Source: Clostridia bacterium
GTDB taxonomy: Bacteria; Bacillota; Clostridia; Monoglobales; Firm-18
Length of the DNA stretch: 64,000 nt
Reading direction: 5' to 3'
Assembly (NCBI GenBank): GCA_045654805.1
Contig: JAZOOD010000060.1
Location: 10,491-74,490, forward strand
Positions 42,015 through 50,865 of this stretch are shown here, piece by piece. The notes below the pieces were generated by a model that was given only the letters and a program-made list of their open reading frames with translations, made no database searches and had not been told where the DNA came from. The position numbers and the translations under genes are program-made. Position 1 is the stretch's first letter. Each line of letters opens with the position of its first letter.

Positions 42015-44657
42015 CTATTTAACCTGAGATTCTATAATGTCCTCTACTGCAGCTAAAGCCTCTGCAACCTTAGTTGCATCCTTACCGCCACCTTGTGCCA
42101 TATCAGGCTTACCGCCGCCGGAACCTCCTGCAATCTTTGTAATTTCCTTAATAACATTACCTGCATGAACACCCTTTGCAAGAGCAGATTTTGTAGCCAT
42201 AGCGATAAACATAAGCTTACCCTCGTTGTTTGAAGCCAATACCGCAACTCCGCATTCCATTTTATCACGGATACTGTCGCAAAGTGTTCTCATATCATTA
42301 ACTGCAAGTCCGTCAACCTGTGATGTAACAATGTCAACACCTGCAACATTTTTACTGTTGTTCATTACGTCACCAAGCTTACTGTTTACAGCCTTTGCAT
42401 TAAGTTCTTCAAGCTTTTTCTTATCTGCCTTGGATTCTGCAACCAAAGCCTCTGCCTTTTTATCAATTTCGTTAAGCAAGTTTGTCTTTAGCGCCAAAGC
42501 TGTGCTTGCAATCAAGTCATCCTTTTCCTTAATGTAGTCCAAAACACCCTGACCTGTTACAGCCTCAATACGTCTTGTACCTGCAGCAACACCTGCTTCA
42601 GAAAGAAGCTTAAACAAGCCTGCCTGAGCAGTATTTGAAAGATGTGTACCGCCGCAGAATTCTACTGAATAGTCACCCATTGAAACTACACGTACTACAT
42701 CACCGTATTTTTCACCAAACTGAGCTTCCGCACCAAGCTTTTTAGCTTCTTCTATAGGGAGTTCCCTGACAATTACCGGCATAGCCTCTAAAATCGCATC
42801 ATTTACCTTCTTTTCAACCTCTTTAAGTTCAACATCCGTCATAGCCTCAAAGTGTGAAAAGTCAAAACGCAAATGGTCAGCAGTAACTTCTGAACCTGCC
42901 TGAGCTACGTGGTCACCCAAAACTTCTTTTAGAGCTTTATGAAGCAAATGAGTTGTACTGTGGTTTCTGCAAATTGCCATTCTATTCTTTTTGCAAACTG
43001 ACATTGTAACAACATCATCCACATTAAAGCTACCGCTCTCCACCTCTACAAAGTGCATATAAATACCGTTGCCGTTTTTCTTTGTATCAACAACCTTTGC
43101 ACAAGCATTAGCAGTAAAGATTTTACCCTTATCGCCTGCCTGACCGCCCATTTCAGCGTAAAAAGTTGTTTTATCAGTAACGACTATACCCTTTTCCCCT
43201 TCGTTAATTGAGGCACAAACTTCACCTTCTGTTGCAATATCTGTAACCTTTGCTTCAACCTCAAGGTTTTCATAACCAACAAATTCTGTTGCATCACTGT
43301 CGAAGCTGTAGCTGTCATTATCTTCCCAGCTAGAGCCGTCCTTACGAGCTTCTCTTGCAGTTTTCTTCTGTTTTGCAAGTTCAGCATCAAATCCTTCTCT
43401 GTCAACTTCGATGCCCTTTTCGTTACAGATTTCTATTGTAATATCAATAGGGAAGCCGTAAGTATCATTAAGCTTAAATGCCTTGTCACCGCTCAAAATC
43501 TTTTTGCCGTCTGCATTAAGCTGTGCAATATATTCATCAAGAATAGAAAGACCATTATCAATTGTTTTTGAAAATCTTTCTTCCTCTATCTTGATAATCT
43601 TTTTGATATATTCTCTCTTTTCGTCCAATTCAGGATATCCTGCCTTCGATTCATCAATAACAGTATCTGCTACTGTGTACAAAAATTCACCCTGAATATT
43701 AAGTAATTTGCCGTGACGTGCAGCACGTCTTAAAAGTCTTCTTAAAACATAACCTCTTCCTTCGTTTGATGGAATAACACCATCAGAAACCATCATAACA
43801 GTACTGCGGATATGGTCAGTAATAACACGTAGGGAAACGTCAACCTTTTCATCCTTTTTATATTCCACACCTGCAATTTTGGAGATATGTGACATTGTAT
43901 TCTGTACAGTATCTACCTCAAACAAGTTATTTACACCCTGCATAATGGCAGCAAGTCGCTCTAAACCCATACCTGTATCAATATTAGGGTTAGCAAGACG
44001 GTTATAGTTACCATCTTCATCCTTATCAAACTGTGTAAAAACAAGGTTCCATACTTCCATAAATCTGTCACAGTCACAACCAAGCTTACAATCCGGCTTA
44101 CCGCAGCTAAACTGCTCACCACGGTCTACGTGAATTTCAGAACAAGGTCCGCAAGGGCCTGTGCCGTGTTCCCAGAAGTTGTCTGCCTTACCCATTTTAA
44201 CAACACGGCTTGGGTCAACGCCAACTTCGTTAATCCAGATATCTTGAGCTTCATCATCTTCTTCATAAACAGTAATCCAAAGCTTGTCCGCCGGAATTCC
44301 CATTTCTTTAGTTAAAAATTCCCAACCCCAGTTTATAGCCTCATGTTTAAAATAATCACCAAATGAGAAGTTACCAAGCATTTCAAAGAAAGTACCGTGT
44401 CTTGCAGTTTTACCAACACATTCGATATCAGGAGTTCTGATACATTTCTGGCAGGTTGTAACCCTCTTTCTTGGAGGTACCTCCGCACCCGTAAACCATT
44501 TTTTCATAGGTGCCATACCTGAATTTATCAACAACAAGCTTGCGTCATTCTTTGGCACAAGTGAAAAACTACCTAATCTTAAACATCCCTTAGTTTCAAA
44601 AAAGCTAAGGAATTTTTCTCTTATTTCATTTAAACCTAAATTTTGCAAAACGTTCAC
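42015..44657 (-). CDS. alaS: Alanine--tRNA ligase
   Basis: 880 aa with ...NEIREKFLSFFETKG..., an editing domain (HSTTHLLH) and C-terminal DHHA1 (GGGGKPDMAQGGG). The exact start (GTG at 44657 or the TTG at 44648, nine nt downstream) is uncertain. Confidence 0.97.
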   Translation of the reverse strand: MNVLQNLGLNEIREKFLSFFETKGCLRLGSFSLVPKNDASLLLINSGMAPMKKWFTGAEVPPRKRVTTCQKCIRTPDIECVGKTARHGTFFEMLGNFSFGDYFKHEAINWGWEFLTKEMGIPADKLWITVYEEDDEAQDIWINEVGVDPSRVVKMGKADNFWEHGTGPCGPCSEIHVDRGEQFSCGKPDCKLGCDCDRFMEVWNLVFTQFDKDEDGNYNRLANPNIDTGMGLERLAAIMQGVNNLFEVDTVQNTMSHISKIAGVEYKKDEKVDVSLRVITDHIRSTVMMVSDGVIPSNEGRGYVLRRLLRRAARHGKLLNIQGEFLYTVADTVIDESKAGYPELDEKREYIKKIIKIEEERFSKTIDNGLSILDEYIAQLNADGKKILSGDKAFKLNDTYGFPIDITIEICNEKGIEVDREGFDAELAKQKKTAREARKDGSSWEDNDSYSFDSDATEFVGYENLEVEAKVTDIATEGEVCASINEGEKGIVVTDKTTFYAEMGGQAGDKGKIFTANACAKVVDTKKNGNGIYMHFVEVESGSFNVDDVVTMSVCKKNRMAICRNHSTTHLLHKALKEVLGDHVAQAGSEVTADHLRFDFSHFEAMTDVELKEVEKKVNDAILEAMPVIVRELPIEEAKKLGAEAQFGEKYGDVVRVVSMGDYSVEFCGGTHLSNTAQAGLFKLLSEAGVAAGTRRIEAVTGQGVLDYIKEKDDLIASTALALKTNLLNEIDKKAEALVAESKADKKKLEELNAKAVNSKLGDVMNNSKNVAGVDIVTSQVDGLAVNDMRTLCDSIRDKMECGVAVLASNNEGKLMFIAMATKSALAKGVHAGNVIKEITKIAGGSGGGKPDMAQGGGKDATKVAEALAAVEDIIESQVK

Positions 44658-44684
44658 ATCCTATATAAATACATTCTTATGATT

Positions 44685-44713
44685 ATTGTATTATTTTTTT
44701 ACCAAAAAGTCAA
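44685..44713 (-). promoter_or_regulatory. Sigma-A type promoter of alaS
   Basis: On the minus strand, TTGACT (44713-44708), a 17-nt spacer, then TACAAT (44690-44685). This leaves only about 20-30 nt of leader. Confidence 0.7.
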
Positions 44714-44729
44714 GTATTTAGCTATTAAA

Positions 44730-46115
44730 TCAATTATGTAAATATACCTTTTCCCTTGTCTGACAGGAGAAAATCAAAATTTGATTCTTCAAAGTTTTTA
44801 AATACTCCATTGCCTTTTCTAATCTTTCATCATCATAAAGAGCAAAGGCGTCATCAAGCACAACAGGCATATTATCGCCGATTAGGCTCACCAAAGCCAT
44901 ACGAAGTGAAAAATATATCTGGTCATATGTTCCGCTGCTTAAATATTCGCTTGTGACAAGCATATTATCTGCATTACGTACTGTTATTTTATAGTCCTCA
45001 TCTACCATAAAATCCACGTACTTTCCGTCAGTTATCTTTTTAAAGATACTGCACGCAATACCGTTAAGACGGGGAGCATAATCCATCTGCAATTGTTCAA
45101 ATGCTTGTCCCAGAGCACCCTTGGCATAATTCAAATCTGCAAGCGCCTTGTTGTATTTTTTAAGCTTTTGATTATATTCATCTATTTGTGAAACATCGGT
45201 GGAATCATACTGCTTTTGCAAAGTATCAAGTCTGCTTTCGTAAAATCCCACCTGCTTAGCCTGTTCTATAACAGTAGCGGTTTTTTTGCGGAATTTCATC
45301 GTAAATATTACACCCACAGCAACGAAAAGTGCAAGAAATATTATCAAAACTGCTTTAAATCCAAACACCGCAACAGAAATTGCCGACAAAACTGCAGGCA
45401 ACCATGCAAGTAAAAGATATTTTTGTGAAACTTTACCCAAATCCTGCTTTTCAAGATTTTTCAGATTTTCTTTACATTCTGTAATCTCATTCTGAATTTT
45501 TGTCCGCTCGGCATTTTTTAACACTAATTCATTAATTACAGCCTGAGTATAATTTATCTTACCCCTCGGACCGTTCAAATCCTTAATTGCACTGTCAAGA
45601 ATATTTACCGCATTGCGGTATGAATAATCCTCATCACTGCTTTGGCTAAGATTAATAAGCTTACTCTGTATTTCGGATGACTTACTTTCATCAATTTTAG
45701 CCGTAAGTTGTTTAATATAACAAGTGTTTTCAAAAGTATCACCGCTTATGCCAAACATAACTTCGCCCACATTATCAACGCTGTATTCAGCAATCCTTGC
45801 CCCGCTCAGTGCATTAAAAACATCTATCTTGTCATCGGTTTTACGCATACCGAAAGTTCGCTTGATTATGTATTCCGTTTCACCGCATTTTACGGTCATT
45901 TCACCGCCCATTGAGGTGTGTCCAAATGGCATATATTTTTTACGCTGATTAAATCTTAAGGAATTTACACCAAAAAGCATTACCCTTATAAATTCTGCAA
46001 TAGTTGATTTGCCACTTTCATTAGGCATAGCAATGACGTTCAATCCCTCGTTAAGCTGCACGCTCTTTCCCATAAGGCATCCAAAATGATTAATATATAT
46101 ACTTTTTATTATCAT
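44730..46115 (-). CDS. SbcC/YhaN-like ABC-type ATPase with a central transmembrane hairpin
   Basis: 461 aa with Walker A (MPNESGKST), an ABC signature (LSSGTYDQ) and Walker B (PVVLDDAF). Two hydrophobic helices lie at aa 233-273 (45297-45419). The start overlaps the stop of the upstream nuclease gene (ATGA). Confidence 0.8.
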   Translation of the reverse strand: MIIKSIYINHFGCLMGKSVQLNEGLNVIAMPNESGKSTIAEFIRVMLFGVNSLRFNQRKKYMPFGHTSMGGEMTVKCGETEYIIKRTFGMRKTDDKIDVFNALSGARIAEYSVDNVGEVMFGISGDTFENTCYIKQLTAKIDESKSSEIQSKLINLSQSSDEDYSYRNAVNILDSAIKDLNGPRGKINYTQAVINELVLKNAERTKIQNEITECKENLKNLEKQDLGKVSQKYLLLAWLPAVLSAISVAVFGFKAVLIIFLALFVAVGVIFTMKFRKKTATVIEQAKQVGFYESRLDTLQKQYDSTDVSQIDEYNQKLKKYNKALADLNYAKGALGQAFEQLQMDYAPRLNGIACSIFKKITDGKYVDFMVDEDYKITVRNADNMLVTSEYLSSGTYDQIYFSLRMALVSLIGDNMPVVLDDAFALYDDERLEKAMEYLKTLKNQILIFSCQTREKVYLHN

Positions 46116-47134
46116 TCTATACGCACCTTCTCTCCGCGAAGGGCAACAAGCCCATACTTTAATGCATCCTCATTAGCACAATTTTCAATAAACAAATTTT
46201 TAAGGGAATATCCATCATCAGAATATTCTTCGGCGTTATCCTCTACTTCAATGTAATAATATTCTTTTTCCAAAAAGTCCTTTATAAAACCGCAATCAAC
46301 AAAAGTATTTTTTGTACCCGTTAAAACTATGCGGTAAGCATTTTCCGTACCCGACAAAACTGAAACTGTTTTTTCTGCAATTTCAAGATTATCCTTTGCG
46401 TCGGATATATCCACCTCTGTACATATATACTGTCTGCTGCACAGTGGCACAAATCGGCAATTTGCATAACCCTTTCCTACCTCGGCAATAATTACACCCT
46501 TTTCACCACATTCATCAAAGGCTCTGCCCTCGGGAATACCGCAATATGCATATGTAGTTGCCCCCGCAACGTTAAAACCAGTATGTGAATGCGTGTGTCC
46601 TAATGCAACATAATCCATTTTGCTACCTTTTATATTATCCTCGCTTATTGGGTTATATGTGCTGTGGCTTGCTATATCGCCGTGTATAAGCAAAATATTT
46701 ATATTGTTTTCATCATCGGCACAAAAACCCTCTATGGTACATATATCACAGTGCTCTTCTTCAAAGCTGACACCATAAATGTCAACATTATCCATACTTA
46801 CCTTTTCAATATAATTATTAAATACATATACATTAGACGGAAAATTATACTTTAAACTATAATCGTGGTTACCAAGAACAACAAACACTTTTATATGATT
46901 GATTTTTTCAAGCTGTTGAGTCATAAAATCCAAGGTTCCCGCATCAGGATTGCTATTTTCAAACAAATCACCTGCAATGAGCATAGCATCAACATTTTCT
47001 TCATTGGCAAGATTGATTATATTTGTAAAAGTTTCCAAAAGCTCCCCCTTACGGCTTTGGGATTTTTTACCCATATTGAGCATAGGTGAACACAAATGTA
47101 AATCACCGGTATGCAATATCTTTATGCTGTCCAT
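46112..47134 (-). CDS. SbcD/YhaO-like metallophosphoesterase (DNA repair exonuclease family)
   Basis: 340 aa with calcineurin-like motifs (ILHTGDLHL, AGDLFE, GNHD, GHTH). Confidence 0.85.
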   Translation of the reverse strand: MDSIKILHTGDLHLCSPMLNMGKKSQSRKGELLETFTNIINLANEENVDAMLIAGDLFENSNPDAGTLDFMTQQLEKINHIKVFVVLGNHDYSLKYNFPSNVYVFNNYIEKVSMDNVDIYGVSFEEEHCDICTIEGFCADDENNINILLIHGDIASHSTYNPISEDNIKGSKMDYVALGHTHSHTGFNVAGATTYAYCGIPEGRAFDECGEKGVIIAEVGKGYANCRFVPLCSRQYICTEVDISDAKDNLEIAEKTVSVLSGTENAYRIVLTGTKNTFVDCGFIKDFLEKEYYYIEVEDNAEEYSDDGYSLKNLFIENCANEDALKYGLVALRGEKVRIE

Positions 47135-47188
47135 AAATTCACTTCCTTTTTAAAATAGCACCAGTCCGCAAACTGATGCTATTTAAAA

Positions 47189-48925
47189 TTATAATCCTGT
47201 ATCAGATGTAGGCAATTCAGTTATATCAGGCTGTTCATCATTTTCATTATCTTCCGTAACAGAATCGTCCGGTTCAGTAACAACAGGTACATCATCCGGC
47301 AAATTTGTATCGTCGGTAATATCCGTACTGCCATCTGCATCCCCGTCAGTATTTTCTCCACCCTCCGGCAATTCTGTGGCTTCTCCTGTACCCACAAGGA
47401 CAATTTTATTCATTGCAATATAAGTACTTTTGCCGATATGCTCACGTTTTTGCTCCACACCGTCTTTGTAATAAATCTTATAGGTACTTACAACTGCACC
47501 ATTTTGCCCGTTTTGCTTAACCTCTGTTGTACCAACAGGCAAATCCGGAGTTTCCTTTTGTACCTCCTTCTTTGCTATAGTTGAATTTGTAACACTTACA
47601 ACATCATATGTAAGAGATTTATCAACCTTTGTACCCATAATTTTTACTGTCAAATAACCACCGCTAGCATAAGCATCTATGCGTATGGGATAATTAGTAT
47701 CATTTTCAAAAATATAGTCCAAAGACCCGTAAACAACAGTAGCATCCTGACCAAGGGGAACATAAACAACTGTATAAGAATGATTTGTACGGGCAACAGT
47801 TTTAAGGTTAGCCCTTAACTGTGCACAGTATATGGTCGAGGAAACCTGACATATTCCTCCGCCAACACCTTCCTCTGTACCCTCGCCGGTATAAACAGTA
47901 GCATCAACAAATCCTCTGGCATATGTACGCGGACCTACTGCAGAATTATATGAAAATCTTTTACCGGGCATAATAATTGTACCGTTTACAAGTCTTGTAG
48001 CCAATGAAAGATTTTTTGTCCTGTTTACAAGCCTCATATCATATGCCGAAGTATATGTACCCAAAACATCCTGATAAAATTCTATATCAAGGTCCTCTGT
48101 CCTGATTTCAGGATATGACGGCTGTACATCCATTGTAAACACACCATTATTTTCATTATAAAGCTTGATAAACTTATCCTTATCCGCTTTAATACCTATA
48201 ACCTCCGGTATTATATAGGTGGATTCATCTTCATTAATTCCCACAGATGCATCCTTCGCCGGCCTGACAAGACGGTTGTAAAGCTCCATAGCAAACCCGT
48301 CATCTGATTTTTTTAAAATTATTGGAGTTACATTATCGTAAATATCATTTTCAGCATTTTCCAACACCTTATTCAATGTTTTCTCCACAGACAATAGCTC
48401 ATCAATTTTTGATGCATCTACATTGACAGATGTATAATCCGAATCAAATACAAACACGTTGTTTCCAGCTTCGCTTTCAGCACAAAAATGCAATAATCCT
48501 TCCTTTAAAGATTCATTATCCACATCAAGTGAAAACGGAACAGTTATTTTATCCTTATGTATAATTTTAGAGAAAACATTACCGGACTTTTCAAAAGCAT
48601 CCTTTGCTGTTTTATCAGCATCAACCTTAACCAAATCAAGTAATTCAATCTCATACACCTTATCCATATAGCTTACGGACACAGTTTTATTAAAATATTC
48701 TGCATTAAATTCCGTTTTTATCTTTTCTACTGCCTCATCAACAGTCAGTCCGCCTATATGCAGTGAATTAACGTAAACATTATCCGCCATAACTGTAGAA
48801 TGATAAAAATGCATAAATCCAAATATTCCGGCAAAAATAATCGCTACAGCCATAACCGCAATAATTATAACAGTCTTTAGTTTTAAATCTTTTCTCACCT
48901 TTCTGGCAGGTTTATCAGACATCAT
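47189..48925 (-). CDS. VanW-family protein with G5-like domain and acidic C-terminal tail
   Basis: 578 aa with an N-terminal TM anchor, a VanW core (GGGICQVSSTIY), a G5-like segment (TTEVKQNGQNGAVVSTYKIYYKDG) and an Asp/Glu/Thr-rich tail. Confidence 0.85.
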   Translation of the reverse strand: MMSDKPARKVRKDLKLKTVIIIAVMAVAIIFAGIFGFMHFYHSTVMADNVYVNSLHIGGLTVDEAVEKIKTEFNAEYFNKTVSVSYMDKVYEIELLDLVKVDADKTAKDAFEKSGNVFSKIIHKDKITVPFSLDVDNESLKEGLLHFCAESEAGNNVFVFDSDYTSVNVDASKIDELLSVEKTLNKVLENAENDIYDNVTPIILKKSDDGFAMELYNRLVRPAKDASVGINEDESTYIIPEVIGIKADKDKFIKLYNENNGVFTMDVQPSYPEIRTEDLDIEFYQDVLGTYTSAYDMRLVNRTKNLSLATRLVNGTIIMPGKRFSYNSAVGPRTYARGFVDATVYTGEGTEEGVGGGICQVSSTIYCAQLRANLKTVARTNHSYTVVYVPLGQDATVVYGSLDYIFENDTNYPIRIDAYASGGYLTVKIMGTKVDKSLTYDVVSVTNSTIAKKEVQKETPDLPVGTTEVKQNGQNGAVVSTYKIYYKDGVEQKREHIGKSTYIAMNKIVLVGTGEATELPEGGENTDGDADGSTDITDDTNLPDDVPVVTEPDDSVTEDNENDEQPDITELPTSDTGL

Positions 48926-49072
48926 TGCCCCTCCAAATCATATTTGAATATATTATATCAATATTTGTACTGCAAGTCAATGAATTATATTCGATTGGAT
49001 TATACAAATTATTCCTGATTTTATAATGATAAATTTGACTTTTTAATCAAATTGTGATAGTATCACCTTACT

Positions 49073-49510
49073 ATGTTTAATAAATATATGGATATTGCCA
49101 TTAACGAGGCAAAAAAAGCCCTTGACAGCGGGGAAATCCCTGTAGGGGCAGTTATAGTAAAAGATAATATTGTAATAGCAAAAGGACACAACACAAGAGA
49201 GGGCAAGCAGAATGTACTTGCGCACGCAGAGATTTCCGTAATAAACGAAGCGTGCAAAAGGATAGGAAATTGGAGACTGGAGGATTGTGATTTATATGTA
49301 ACCTTAGAGCCCTGTCCAATGTGTACAGGTGCCATTTTGCAATCCAGAATAAAAAATGTGTATTTTGGCGCATACAGTACCGATAACGGCTGTATGGGCA
49401 CGGTAATAAACCTGCCAAACCTGCTTAAAAACAATTCGTTAACAGTATATGGCGGTATTATGGAGAATGAATGCACAAAATTAATAAAAGATTTTTTTAA
49501 CAACAAATAA
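49073..49510 (+). CDS. tadA: tRNA adenosine(34) deaminase
   Basis: 145 aa with the CDA zinc motifs HAE and PCPMC. The antisense 156-aa ORF is rejected. Confidence 0.93.
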   Translation: MFNKYMDIAINEAKKALDSGEIPVGAVIVKDNIVIAKGHNTREGKQNVLAHAEISVINEACKRIGNWRLEDCDLYVTLEPCPMCTGAILQSRIKNVYFGAYSTDNGCMGTVINLPNLLKNNSLTVYGGIMENECTKLIKDFFNNK

Positions 49511-49529
49511 AGGACTATCATTTTAATAT

Positions 49530-49560
49530 GCACCCCAAAAGTGTTTAACTTTTGGGGTGC
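49530..49560. terminator. Bidirectional terminator between tadA (+) and the nucleotidyltransferase gene (-)
   Basis: GCACCCCAAAAG pairs with CTTTTGGGGTGC. Confidence 0.8.
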
Positions 49561-49582
49561 ATATCATATTAATATCACTTTT

Positions 49583-50410
49583 TTAATATATTTTTTTACT
49601 TGCAAGAGCCTGTCTTACAAGCTCAAGCTCTTCTTTATATGTCATTCCGTACCACTTTTCGTCAGTAGTGAGCATTTTAACCTCTATCATACCACGGCTT
49701 ATCATACTGTCGATAAGTCCTGGAAGGAAATACTCACCCTTAAGTGGATTTTCAAGATTATTCAAAAATTCTACGAAGCCCTTTTCAAGCTCCTCAAAAA
49801 TACTTGGCTGAAGCCCCCACATATTCATAGAAACCAAAGTATCTAAAGGTATGCCTGAATTTTTATCCAAAGCAGTATGTTCAGTAACCTTTGTAAGGAA
49901 ACCTCCCTCAGACTCACATACACCGCGGGAAACGGTACCGTTTTCACTAAGGGTATTACCCAGCTTAAAACCTACCATACAGGCAGGAGTACCTTCAAGT
50001 AAGGCATCAGCAAGAATTTTCATACTGTTTGTACCATAGTAGTCATCAGCATTAATAACTGCAAACGGAGTTGCAACCTTATCCTTTGCACACAAAAGTG
50101 CGTGTCCTGTACCCCATGGCTTTTCCCTTCCCTCGGGTACTGAAAAACCCTCAGGTAAATCATTAATATCCTGATAAGCGTATTCCGTCTTTATAATCTT
50201 TTCAGTTCTTTTGCCGATAGTATTACGGAAATCCTCCTCGTGTTCCTTCTTTATTATGTACACAACCTTGTTAAAGCCCGCATTTACTGCATCACTAACA
50301 GAATAGTCAAGAATAAACTCCCCATTTTCACCTACAGGCTGAAGCTGTTTAAGACCGCCAAAACGGCTCCCCATACCGGCTGCAAGAACTACAAGTGTTA
50401 AATCCTTCAT
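49583..50410 (-). CDS. NTP_transferase-family sugar-phosphate nucleotidyltransferase
   Basis: 275 aa with N-terminal LAAGMGSRFGG (GlmU/RmlA-like nucleotide-binding loop). RBS AAGGAG. Substrate not assignable. Confidence 0.8.
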   Translation of the reverse strand: MKDLTLVVLAAGMGSRFGGLKQLQPVGENGEFILDYSVSDAVNAGFNKVVYIIKKEHEEDFRNTIGKRTEKIIKTEYAYQDINDLPEGFSVPEGREKPWGTGHALLCAKDKVATPFAVINADDYYGTNSMKILADALLEGTPACMVGFKLGNTLSENGTVSRGVCESEGGFLTKVTEHTALDKNSGIPLDTLVSMNMWGLQPSIFEELEKGFVEFLNNLENPLKGEYFLPGLIDSMISRGMIEVKMLTTDEKWYGMTYKEELELVRQALASKKIY

Positions 50411-50678
50411 AAAATCAAACTCCTTATATTATGTTTTAGTTTAAAAGAATTTAAATATTAATATTTAAATGCAAAATATTAATATCATTATATCATACCT
50501 AATTTAAAAAGTATATATTTTTATCAAATTTTTCTTTGATATCAAATAATTTGGAGATTAGAATGTTAAAAAAATTGTGGCAAATTCGAAATATAATGAC
50601 CCGAATTAATTTTAACATAGTACAAAAGAATAACGGGAGGTTCTTCGGTAAATTTTAAAAATAATATTAAATAATATA

Positions 50679-50707
50679 TTGACTAAGAGCAATATTTGTT
50701 ATAAAAT
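50679..50707 (+). promoter_or_regulatory. Sigma-A type promoter of tRNA-Thr
   Basis: TTGACT (50679-50684), a 17-nt spacer, then TAAAAT (50702-50707). It lies about 40 nt upstream of the tRNA 5' end. Confidence 0.7.
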
Positions 50708-50747
50708 ATTAGAAGAAATCAAGACATTAAAAAGTTCTGCATATTAT

Positions 50748-50823
50748 GCTAGTGTGGCGCAGTTGGTAGCGCAATTGATTCGTAATCAATAGGCCGAGGG
50801 TTCAAGTCCCTTCACTAGCTCCA
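50748..50823 (+). tRNA. tRNA-Thr (anticodon CGU)
   Basis: Folded by hand. Acceptor stem GCTAGTG/CACTAGC, D stem GCGC/GCGC, anticodon stem ATTGA/TCAAT with loop TTCGTAA (U33, CGT, A37). 5-nt variable loop, T arm GAGGG-TTCAAGT-CCCTT, encoded CCA. 76 nt. Confidence 0.93.
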
Positions 50824-50827
50824 TAAG

Positions 50828-50862
50828 AAAAAGGTTATTCCCATTGGGAATAACCTTTTTTA
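50828..50862. terminator. Bidirectional terminator between tRNA-Thr (+) and the last gene of the surface-protein cluster (-)
   Basis: AAGGTTATTCCCA pairs with TGGGAATAACCTT (13 bp, 1-nt apex). A T-run follows on + and an A-run precedes it. Confidence 0.85.
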
Positions 50863-50865
50863 AAA

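Noticed and set aside
49063-49533. 156-aa minus-strand ORF
   Set aside because: It overlaps tadA on the opposite strand. The tadA frame has the HAE and PCPMC deaminase motifs and the other frame has none.
50564-50659. 31-aa basic ORF (MLKKLWQIRNIMTRINFNIVQKNNGRFFGKF) with GGAG 6 nt upstream
   Set aside because: It is very short, in AT-rich promoter DNA between divergent units, and has no terminator or recognisable motif. The evidence is insufficient.
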